A stretch of DNA of 64,000 bases, taken from NCBI GenBank assembly GCA_963734865.1, contig CAVTIV010000022.1, forward strand, positions 74,432 to 138,431. Reading direction: 5' to 3'. This DNA comes from Pirellulaceae bacterium. GTDB lineage: Bacteria > Planctomycetota > Planctomycetia > Pirellulales > Pirellulaceae. The notes under the pieces are model-generated. The model searched no databases. It saw nothing but the letters and a program-made list of their open reading frames with translations, and was not told where the DNA came from. This document shows, piece after piece, positions 1 through 8,420 of this stretch. Both the position numbers and the translations under genes were made by a program. Within the stretch, counting starts at the first letter, position 1. Every line of letters starts with the position of its first letter.

Positions 1-1
1 C

Positions 2-1434
2 CATGTCCAACGATGGGGACACCGTACTCCAACGATGCGGGACACCTACTCCAGCGATGGGGACACCTACTCCAGCGATGGGGACACCGGCTTGGATGTT
101 GGACTGTCCAGCATGGAGATCCGTGTCAACACCCTGGAAAACTCGTCGCAGCTCGCGTGGTGTGAGTTTTTCGATGATCCGTTTCTCACGGACTTGATCA
201 GCCAAGCCCTACTCGGCAACCAGGAACTGAAGATCCTGGCCGAGGATATCCAGATCGCGTCCAACGAAGTTCTGGCACGCAGAGGGGCATACCTTCCCTT
301 CGTCAGCTTTGGGGCCGGCGCTGGGCTGGAGAAACCCAGCCTCTTCACGCCTCAGGGTGCCGTCGAGGATCAACTCGAGGTTCTCCCCGGCAAGTCTTTT
401 CCTGATCCGCTACCCGATTTCCTCGTAGCCACCAACGTGACGTGGGAGCTGGACATCTGGAGGAAGTTGCGGAACGCCAGGGACGCAGCAACACTCCGCT
501 ACCTCGGCACCCGTGACGGACGGAACTACGTCGTGACCCGGATGGTCGCCGAGGTTGCGGCGAATTACTACGAGCTGTTGGCGCTCGACAACCGGCTTGT
601 CACTCTGAACACAACCATCGGAATCCAGCAGAAAAGTCTCAAGCTCGCGCAGGACATGAAGGAAGCGGCCCGCGGCACCGAGTTGGCTGTCCAGCGTTTC
701 CAGGCCGAGGTTCGCAAAAACGAGAGCGAACGACTGATCATCCATCAGCAGATCGTCGAGGCCGAAAACCGGATCAACTTCCTTCTCGGACGCTATCCGC
801 AACCAGTCGAACGGCCCACTGTCGAATACATCGATTTGACCCTGCATGCGCTGAGCACCGGAGTGCCCGTCGCAGCTGCTGCGGAACCGCTCCGACATCC
901 GCCAAGCCGAGCGCGAGCTGGCGGCTGCCGGGCTTGACGTGCGGGTTGCCCGAGCCCGCTTCTATCCTTCGCTGGGCCTCAGCGCCGGCGTTGGTTACAG
1001 GGCCTTCAATACCAAGTATCTGTTCTCGAGTCCGGAATCTTTGATTTACAATGTCGCCGGTGACCTGGTCGCGCCGTTGATCAACAAGAAGGCGATCCGG
1101 GCCGATTACCTCACCGCCAACGCCAGGCAATTGCAGAGCCGTCTATAACTACCAGCGCACAATCCTCAACGCCTTCACCGAGGTCATCAACCGCATGGCC
1201 AAGGTTGATAACTACGGCAAGAGCATCGAGATCAAGAAGCAGCAGTTGCAGTCGCTCGAGGCCTCGGTCGATAACGCCACCGATCTGTTCCAGAACGCCC
1301 GCGCCGAATACGTGGACGTGCTGCTGGCCCAGCGTGACATGATGGAGGCTAAGATGGTCTTGATCGAAACCAAACAGCAGCAACTGTCCGCCGTCGTCAA
1401 CGCCTATCAAGCCCTCGGCGGCGGCAGCATGTAG
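2..1434 (+). pseudogene. TolC/NodT-family outer-membrane efflux protein; frame broken twice (near 861-872 and 1140-1150); 5' end probably upstream of the window
   Basis: ORFs 35-937 (f2), 939-1148 (f3) and 1195-1434 (f1) read as one OMF protein. Motifs: FFDDPFLTDLISQALLGNQELKI; SQLLRNRSDIRQAERELAAAGLDVRVARARFYPSLGLSAGVGY (f3 from ~861); YNYQRTILNAFTEV (f1 from ~1146); C-terminal VNAYQALGGG. No signal peptide or lipobox lies inside the window. Confidence 0.75.
11..88. repeat. Tandem 21-22 nt repeat, about 3.6 units (CGATGGGGACACCTACTCCAG)
   Basis: Units at 11-32, 33-54, 55-75 and 76-88 (partial). The 21-nt unit encodes DGDTYSS in frame 2. The two 22-nt units shift the frame. Confidence 0.9.
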
Positions 1435-1532
1435 TGCTTCAACTGTTCGGCGGCAATGTTTTCCGCTTGAGTGCACCTTACCAACGCATGATTGAAGTGA
1501 CGTTGCCGCCGCCAACCAATGTCAGTGATGGC

Positions 1533-3643
1533 TTATTGGCTGACAAGCTGTCGCAGTTGCACGGCATCGCTGACTGCTGTCCCTGCGGTGACGTCCTCTT
1601 CACGAAACGTTGCCATCAGGATCTGTCGCGAGCCGGTGCGGCTGAAGTCGTAGATCACTCGAACCAAGCCGTCGTCGGTCTGCTGACCGTCGGGGTACGA
1701 GACGCCGCTGCGTTCATCGATCGGCAGGCCGCCCATCCATGTCTTTCCGTCGTCGCTCGAAACAAATGCCGTCAGATGCGAGCGGCCGGTGCGATTGCCG
1801 ATCGCGCCATGCTTCACCAGCAGCAGGTTTCCGGTCGCGAGTCGCCGAACAAAGAAACGGGCGCTGGGGTGCGCGATCGCCGAAGGCGTCAGCTCGGGCC
1901 AGGTGGCTCCGCGATCCACAGAAACGCTCTCGCCGATGCCGTACTTCGTTCGCGCCAACAGCCAGAGCGACCCGTCTTTGCGTTCGACAATGATGTGCTC
2001 GTCAAACGCGCGGACGTCCTGCGGCACGTTGCAGGCGCCTCGCAGCGACCACGTGCGGCCGAGGTCTGTCGACACAATCATCCGCGCGCTCGAGTCTGTC
2101 GCCCGCCAGGTTGACGCCGGCAGCACCCACTCGCCGCTGCTGAGCACGACCGGTTTGCACATCATGATGCCGTCGGTCAGCCGCCGCGGCGGACTCCACC
2201 GCGGCTGTTCGTCGTCCGGATTGTCGGTATGCAGGCACCAGACGCCCGCGACCGATCCGTCATGTCCGGCGGCCTGAGTCCAGAAGACAAACAGACGTCC
2301 GGTCGGCGCCGTCCAGAGTTCCGGATCGAACGCCCGTACCGGACCCGCGCCGTCGGGATCGATGACCAGCGTTTCGCGCCAGGACTTTCCGTCGTCGCCG
2401 CTGGTCGAAACCACGACGTAGTTGTTGTGATCCTCACCTGGCGTGATCCCCGCATACCAGTCCGCCCACAGTCGCCCGCCCGGAGCGACGGCCATGCTCG
2501 GAATCCCCTGAAACGCCCGGTTCGTCGCCGCGTGATCCGGCAGCTTCGGGGTGCCTACGTAGGCAGGCGGAACCAGAAACGGATCGGCGAGTGTCAAAGC
2601 CGACAGTGTGGCCTGCAGCTTTTCGGCTTCGGTGCGATTTTCCGGGAGCGGCTCGTCATGAAACGCGGGCAGCAAGTGTTCCCAGACCAGGTCGAGCTGT
2701 TGCTGCATGTTTCGCGTTTGCGCCGTGATCGCGATGACGGCGTCCTGTTTCGGTAGGACGATGCAGAACTGGCCGTCTTTGCCGTCACCTCGATAAGCGC
2801 CATGACGGCATTGCCAGAACTGAAAGCCGTAGCCTTCCCGCCAGTCAGGGTTGCCGGCGCTGGGAGCTTTGTCGTTGTCGACCTGCTTGCTGGTGGCGAG
2901 CGCGATCCAATCGGCGGGGATGAGTTGCTTTTCCTTCCAGCGACCCTTCTGCAGATAGAGCTGCCCGAGCTTCGCGATGTCTTCCGTCCGGAGATAAAGC
3001 CCATAGCCGCCAATCGAAATGCCCTGCGGACTGGTTTCCCAGGTTGGCTTCTCGACGCCCAGTGGATCAAACAATCGCGGCTGCAGAAAATCAAGCACAT
3101 TCTGGCCGGTCACTTTCTGCACGATAGCCGACTGCATGTACGTCGCCGGGGTGTTGTAGAGAAACGTTGTGCCTGGCTTGTGCGGCACCCTCTGTGCGAG
3201 GAACTGCCTGGTCCACACACCGTCGTCGGTCAACCGGGGCTGGATTTCGTGGCCTGTCGACATCGTCAGCAGATCGCGGACACGCATCGCCTTGAGGTTT
3301 TCGGACGGCTCGGCCGGAGCATCCTCCGGAAAGAAGCTCAGCACCTTGTCGTCGATATTCAGCTTGCCTTCAGCGACAGCGAGTCCGACAGCCGTCGAGG
3401 TAAAGCTCTTGCTCAGCGACCACAGAATGTGTGGCTTCTCCGCCGACTCGGCGCCCACCAGCCTTCCGCGACGACGTTTCCGTGTCGCACGAGCATGAAG
3501 CTGTGCATCGAATGGACGTTCTGATCGGCGGCTTCCACAAACGCACGAATCTGTGCGGAGGACACGCCCTGCGACTCCGGTGAACTTCGCGGCAAGGAAT
3601 CTGCCGCAAGCAGGCCACTTGCCGCCAGGACAACTGACAGCAT
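1533..3643 (-). pseudogene. Secreted serine hydrolase (beta-lactamase/esterase family) fused to a BNR/Asp-box beta-propeller; one frameshift near 3447-3454
   Basis: ORF 3413-3709 gives the signal-like N-terminus (MLSVVLAASGLLAA...HGNVVAEGWWAP). The 721-aa ORF continues in another frame with ESAEKPHILWSLSKSFTS (S-x-x-K). The C-terminal half has Asp-boxes STSGDDGKSW, STDLGRTWS, SVDRGATWP and SSDDGKTWM. Start is ATG 3643 or TTG 3709. Confidence 0.75.
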
Positions 3644-3798
3644 GATGAGCGAAAATCGAATTCGATCGTCGGTCTTGTAGACAATCAATCTCTTGCACCT
3701 TTCAACCAATAGGGCGACACGCTGGATCGTGAAATCCTACCATGGCCAAATGGAAGCAGCCACGCATCGTCGGTCGAACTGAAATAAAAGGGGAAATA

Positions 3799-3811
3799 AA
3801 AGGGACACCCA
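3799..3811. repeat. Left terminal inverted repeat AAAGGGACACCCA (copy 1)
   Basis: Reverse complement of the right end TGGGTGTCCCT at 5149-5159. Preceded by a local duplication of GAAATAAAAGGG (3781-3792 and 3793-3804). Confidence 0.75.
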
Positions 3812-3881
3812 TATATCTTGCAGATCGGGCCTGGGTCTGTTACGCTTGGCTTCGGTTCGCGACTCGCTCGGGAGATGTCTG

Positions 3882-4952
3882 ATGCCTCGCTTAGCTCGTC
3901 ATGATGTGATCGATCCGTCTCAGGTGCAGGTGCTGCACTGCGTGCAGAGGTGCGTGCGGAGGGCGTTTTTGTGCGGCGATGACGCCTACTCGGGACAATC
4001 CTTCGAGCACCGCCGGGGCTGGATCCGCCGACGGATGGAGTTCCTCGCTTCGGTCTTTGGCATCGATTGCCTGACCTACACCGTGATGCAAAACCATCTC
4101 CACGTGGTCCTCCGCAGCCGCGCCGATGTGGTGGCCTCCTGGAGCGACCAGGAAGTGGCCCGCCGCTGGTTGCGACTGTTCCCGCAGCGGCGCAACAAGG
4201 ATGGGACCCCAGCCGAACCGAAACAGCCGGAGATCGATAGGATCGTGAACCGACCCAAAGTGCTGGCCAATCGAAGAGAGCGTCTCAGTGATGTCAGTTG
4301 GTGGATGCGGTGCCTGGCCGAGAACATCGCCCGGATGGCCAACAAGGAAGACGAGTGTAGCGGCCGGTTTTGGGAAGGACGCTTCAAGTGCCAGTTGTTG
4401 CTTGATGAGGCATCGCTGTTGGCCTGTGCGGCTTACGTCGACCTCAATCCGATTCGTGCGGCCTTGGCCAAGACGCCCGAATCGAGCGACTACACCGGGG
4501 CCAAGGACCGTTTGGACGACCTGAAAGAATGGTCGGGTCGAACGCGGCCATCAACGCACGACTGGGAACGAAGTCGGCGACGAAAGCAAAGTGGTTGGTT
4601 GAGTCCGGTGGAGATCGATGAGCGATCCGATGCGACCGGACCTGATCTTGATTCAAGTGGACGACGTGCCAGCCGGAAAGGGTTCCTGTCGTTTTCGCTG
4701 TTGTCCTATGTCGAGTTGCTGGACTGGACCGGTCGTCAGCTTCGCGACGACAAGCGAGGAATGATCCCGGACCACTTGCAACCGATTCTGACCCGGATCG
4801 GCTTGGACGCGCCGGGTTGGTGTGATCTTGTGCGACGGTTTGGCAAGGTGTTCAAGCGAGCGGCCGGTGCGGCGGAGAGTCTGGCCGCCGAGGCGGAACG
4901 GCGCGGCCAGAGCTGGATGCAGTCTCCCGGCAACCCGTTGGTCGCCGCCTGA
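3882..4952 (+). CDS. Y1 (HUH) tyrosine transposase-like protein, IS200/RayT superfamily
   Basis: ATG 3882 lies 7 nt after GGGAG; the ORF is open from TTG 3846. HUH-like motif MQNHLHVVL. AYVDLNPIRAALAKTPESSDYTG resembles the conserved Y-region of REP-associated tyrosine transposases. An identical copy sits at 54277-55347. Confidence 0.7.
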   Translation: MPRLARHDVIDPSQVQVLHCVQRCVRRAFLCGDDAYSGQSFEHRRGWIRRRMEFLASVFGIDCLTYTVMQNHLHVVLRSRADVVASWSDQEVARRWLRLFPQRRNKDGTPAEPKQPEIDRIVNRPKVLANRRERLSDVSWWMRCLAENIARMANKEDECSGRFWEGRFKCQLLLDEASLLACAAYVDLNPIRAALAKTPESSDYTGAKDRLDDLKEWSGRTRPSTHDWERSRRRKQSGWLSPVEIDERSDATGPDLDSSGRRASRKGFLSFSLLSYVELLDWTGRQLRDDKRGMIPDHLQPILTRIGLDAPGWCDLVRRFGKVFKRAAGAAESLAAEAERRGQSWMQSPGNPLVAA

Positions 4953-4986
4953 GCGGCTCAGGCCGGTAATATCCCCCACACGATTC

Positions 4987-5016
4987 TCATGCCAGGTTCG
5001 TTTCATGCCAGGTTCG
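4987..5016. repeat. Direct repeat TCATGCCAGGTTCG x2 (16-nt period) in the element's 3' non-coding tail
   Basis: Units at 4987-5000 and 5003-5016. The same structure is in copy 2 at 55382-55411. Confidence 0.85.
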
Positions 5017-5148
5017 CCGCTGCGCGGTCTCCTCGGTCTTGGCAAATCACTGGCCCTACCGTCGCGTCCGGGTGTACCGGATTCGCCAGAGATTCCGAGC
5101 AAGCACTCTCGCCTCGTCCCCCCGTCGCGAATCGGCCAGTATACTTAT

Positions 5149-5159
5149 TGGGTGTCCCT
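5149..5159. repeat. Right terminal inverted repeat TGGGTGTCCCT (copy 1)
   Basis: Complement of 3801-3811. Copy 2 has the longer perfect match TGGGTGTCCCTTT (55544-55556). Confidence 0.75.
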
Positions 5160-5302
5160 GTATTGTTCTGCTTTCACCAAGTAGGTGCATTGCCAAATCA
5201 TGAAAGAGCGTGAATACGAAGCGATTCCGTTTTCGGCACCGAGGCGGGCGGTGGGCACGGTATAGAGCCCAAGACCTTTTTGAACTGACGAGCTTATTCG
5301 AA

Positions 5303-6076
5303 ATGATGGATCTTGGCGGCAAATTTGCCTTGGTAACCGGAGCCGCACGCGGTATCGGCAAAGGTTGTGCGATCGAGTTGGCGAAGGCTGGCGCCGATGT
5401 GATCTTGAACGACCGCCCCGGCAGCCAGTACCTGGATCAGACAGCCGAGGAAATCCGCCAACTCGGCCGCCGCTGCTGGACGCTGGAAGCAGACGTATTT
5501 TCTGCGGGCGGTTGTGAGGCACTGGTTGCCAACGCGATTCAACAAGCCGGTGCGATTGACATTTTGATCAGCAACCCGGCCCTTGGAATCAGGGCGCACG
5601 TGCTCGATTTTTCCGTTGACGATTTCGACAAAGTGGTCGATGCCACGTTCAAGTCCGGCTTTCATGTCAGCCGCGCCGTGGCGCGGCACATGACGCAGCG
5701 GGGCGAAGGCGGCAAGATCCTTTTCATCAGCAGTGTTTGTGGCGAAATGCCGCTGGAACGCAACGCACCCTATGGTGCCGCCAAGGCAGCACTGAATCAC
5801 TATACCGCGAGTCTCGCCGTCGAGATGTTTACGCATCGCATCAATGTGAACGCGATTGAGCCGGGCTGGATCGACACGCCCAATGAGCGGGTAACATTCA
5901 CCGACGAAGTGATCGACCAGGCTGGGCGCGACCTTCCCTGGGGCCGGATGGGTACGCCTGCGGACATTGGACGCGCCGCGGCATTCCTGGTTTCGCCCGC
6001 CGCTGACTACATCACCGGCGCAATCTTGCCCGTCGACGGTGGTTATCGCTTCAAAGACATGCGGGAAGCTCCCTAA
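5303..6076 (+). CDS. Short-chain dehydrogenase/reductase (SDR) family oxidoreductase
   Basis: MMDLGGKFALVTGAARGIGKG (TGxxxGIG Rossmann motif) and catalytic YGAAKAAL (YxxxK). The ORF is open from 5210, but the ATG at 5303 fits SDR N-termini. Confidence 0.85.
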   Translation: MMDLGGKFALVTGAARGIGKGCAIELAKAGADVILNDRPGSQYLDQTAEEIRQLGRRCWTLEADVFSAGGCEALVANAIQQAGAIDILISNPALGIRAHVLDFSVDDFDKVVDATFKSGFHVSRAVARHMTQRGEGGKILFISSVCGEMPLERNAPYGAAKAALNHYTASLAVEMFTHRINVNAIEPGWIDTPNERVTFTDEVIDQAGRDLPWGRMGTPADIGRAAAFLVSPAADYITGAILPVDGGYRFKDMREAP

Positions 6077-6164
6077 GCTTTGACGCGTTGAAACATCCGC
6101 TGCTGCTACTCTCGGGTGGTGCGGGCCGTTACATTACAAGCCGCAGCGTGACGGTGAATGGCGG

Positions 6165-7280
6165 ATGGGCGACGCGGTAAGGACGATGATGACAGAGTTG
6201 CCTCGATTATCGATCCAACACTGCAGGGCACGGCAACAGCGGCTCTGTGAGGCGATGGCAACATTGAAGGCGGACCGAGCTATTCTGACCACAGCTGAAA
6301 ATGTGCAATGGTTGACCGGTTTTCGCCCCCATCCTTTGATGCGGGCCGTCACCGTTTTGCAGTCAAGCGGCGACTGCACATTGATCGCGCCCAATACCCA
6401 GCCGCAACACCATGCGGCAGACGAGGTGCGAACCTACGAGGCGCAGTGGTTGAGCACGCTGCGTCAGGAGCAGCTCCGAGTCGCGATGACTCTGGTGCCA
6501 AAGTCGAGTCAGACGACCGCCATTGAGTTTTCCGCTTATGGCGCGGGTCTTGCCGATCCGTGCAGTGCAGCGCTGATCGATGTGGAGCCTACGATTTGGA
6601 ATCTGCGGCGAAGAAAGGATCCCGATGAATTGGCAATGCTCGGTCACGCCATTTCGTGCACCGATGCGATGTACCGAAAAGCAAGGGAAATCATTCGGCC
6701 TGGCATTTCGGAGTTGGAAGTTTTCAACCAGTTGCACGCTGCGGCCGTAGAGTCCGCTGGCGAGCCGCTCACGGCACTGGGCAACGATTATCAAAGCAAC
6801 GCTCGCGGCGGCCCGCCACGGCGTCGCCTCGCTCAATCGGGTGAGTTGATGATCCTGGATTTGGGTCCCGCCTACCGCGGTTACCATGCGGACAATTGCC
6901 GCACTTTATCCGTTGATGGTCGGCCAACCGATGAGCAGCTCAGGGCGAGAGCGGTGATCATGACCATCTTTGATTTGGTAAAGTCATTGGTCCGGCCTGG
7001 CGAGTCGTGCCGAGAGTTGTTTGTGCGATCCAAGGAGCTGCTGGACGAATACGAACCCGATTCGTTTTCACATCATCTTGGGCACGGCATCGGGTTGTTT
7101 CCACACGAAGCGCCGCACCTGAACCCCAACTGGGATGATCGGTTCGAAGAAGGTGATGTCTTTACTGTGGAGCCCGGGCTTTATAACGCATCACTCCGCG
7201 CTGGAATTCGGATTGAAGAGAATTACCTGGTGATTGCCGACGGCGTCCATCAGCTCACCACCACACCGACCGAGTTGTAG
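6165..7280 (+). CDS. M24-family metallohydrolase (Xaa-Pro peptidase / creatinase / ectoine-hydrolase fold)
   Basis: Pita-bread motifs DLGPAYRGYHADNCRT, HHLGHGIGLFPHEAPHL, GDVFTVEPGLY and IRIEENYLV. Alternative starts at 6186 and 6189. Confidence 0.8.
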   Translation: MGDAVRTMMTELPRLSIQHCRARQQRLCEAMATLKADRAILTTAENVQWLTGFRPHPLMRAVTVLQSSGDCTLIAPNTQPQHHAADEVRTYEAQWLSTLRQEQLRVAMTLVPKSSQTTAIEFSAYGAGLADPCSAALIDVEPTIWNLRRRKDPDELAMLGHAISCTDAMYRKAREIIRPGISELEVFNQLHAAAVESAGEPLTALGNDYQSNARGGPPRRRLAQSGELMILDLGPAYRGYHADNCRTLSVDGRPTDEQLRARAVIMTIFDLVKSLVRPGESCRELFVRSKELLDEYEPDSFSHHLGHGIGLFPHEAPHLNPNWDDRFEEGDVFTVEPGLYNASLRAGIRIEENYLVIADGVHQLTTTPTEL

Positions 7281-7283
7281 CCA

Positions 7284-8420
7284 ATGACACGAACCAACCA
7301 ACGCTCACAAACGTTAGCCTCGCTGTTTTTGATCGTGCCGTGGCTCATCGTGTTTCCGCCCGGCGCAAATCGGTCTCGGGCCGACGACGGCGTCTTCCAG
7401 ACAATCATCGCTGCAGCAACGGACGAGAGTCCCCGGAACTCCGAAGGAGACGTTGTCGTGTTGGGGGACGGCTCTCTGTTGGCTGCCTGGACCGAGTTTT
7501 ACGGAGGTGCCCGGGACGATTCGGCGGCGCGGATTTCTGCGAAGCGTTCGACGGACGGGGGCAGGACGTGGGGCCAGCCATTTACGCTTCGCAACAACAC
7601 CGGAAAACAGAACGTGATGTCGGCAAGCTTTCTGCGACTTGCCAGTGGTGAATTGCTTCTTTTCTATCTGGAAAAACACTCCCGATCGGATCTCGATGGG
7701 ATCGTCGTTCGCTCCGATGATGACGGAAAGACTTGGAGCGAGCCCATTCTGATCACGCCGGAGGATGGCTATTTCGTCATGAACAACGCTCGCGTGATTC
7801 AGCTGAGCAGCGGGCGAATCGTGGCTCCGTTTGCTTACAGTCCGGAAGTTTGGAAAGCGGGAAACGTCTTTAAAACTGTCTGCTATTTCTCCGATGACCA
7901 CGGCAAGACATGGTCTCGCGGCAAAGGTGAATGCTCGGCCCCGAAACGTGGCGCCATGGAACCGGGCTTGATCGAAAAAGCAGACGGCACGGTGCTGCAG
8001 ACGATTCGCACCCAAATGGGCACTCAATGGTTCGCAGAATCAAAGGATGGTTGCGACACATGGAGCGAGGCCAAGCCATGGACAGTCGTGTCGCCCGAAG
8101 CGCCGGCAACGCTGGCGAAACTCCCCGGTGATCGTGGCTGGCTGGTGATCCACAATCCGACCCTTGACGCCAAGGACAGCCACAACGGCGTCCGGACGCC
8201 GCTGGTAGCCGCAGTTTCCAAAGACGAGGGGCAGACCTGGTCCGAACCCAAGTCGATCGAATCGAGCCCGGCCGACACCTATTCCTATGTGAGCGTTGGT
8301 TTCCATGAGGGGCGTGCTCTGATCACTTACTATGTGCGGCACGGCAGCGCCGATTTGCAGAAAGCGGGAAAAATCTCATGGAAATTCACGAGCGTGCCGC
8401 TGAATTGGTTCGAGCCATGA
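7284..8420 (+). CDS. Secreted BNR/Asp-box beta-propeller protein (sialidase-like)
   Basis: Hydrophobic N-terminus (LASLFLIVPWLIVFPP). Asp-boxes SKRSTDGGRTWGQP, SDDDGKTWSEP, SDDHGKTWS, SKDGCDTWSEA and SKDEGQTWSEP. Starts 3 nt after the M24 stop. Confidence 0.85.
   Translation: MTRTNQRSQTLASLFLIVPWLIVFPPGANRSRADDGVFQTIIAAATDESPRNSEGDVVVLGDGSLLAAWTEFYGGARDDSAARISAKRSTDGGRTWGQPFTLRNNTGKQNVMSASFLRLASGELLLFYLEKHSRSDLDGIVVRSDDDGKTWSEPILITPEDGYFVMNNARVIQLSSGRIVAPFAYSPEVWKAGNVFKTVCYFSDDHGKTWSRGKGECSAPKRGAMEPGLIEKADGTVLQTIRTQMGTQWFAESKDGCDTWSEAKPWTVVSPEAPATLAKLPGDRGWLVIHNPTLDAKDSHNGVRTPLVAAVSKDEGQTWSEPKSIESSPADTYSYVSVGFHEGRALITYYVRHGSADLQKAGKISWKFTSVPLNWFEP

Larger units (their letters stand above)
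3793..5163 (+). mobile_element. Copy 1 of a 1.37 kb Y1/HUH-transposase element (REPtron/IS200-like architecture) with inverted termini
   Basis: Matches 54188-55558 at a constant offset of 50395. All six-frame ORF translations are identical between copies except one residue (4922 G vs 55317 A). About 6 substitutions fall in the last 65 bp. Flanks outside these limits are unrelated. Confidence 0.8.

Noticed and set aside
1434-3524. Plus-strand ORFs 1434-2114, 1789-2277, 2229-2756 and 2802-3524
   Set aside because: They are antisense to the well-supported hydrolase/BNR gene, Arg/Ala/Pro-rich and free of motifs.
3781-3804. GAAATAAAAGGG duplicated in tandem at the left edge of element copy 1, considered as a target-site duplication
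   Set aside because: The 12-mer is not present at the right end of copy 1 (5160-5175), and copy 2 has no such duplication.
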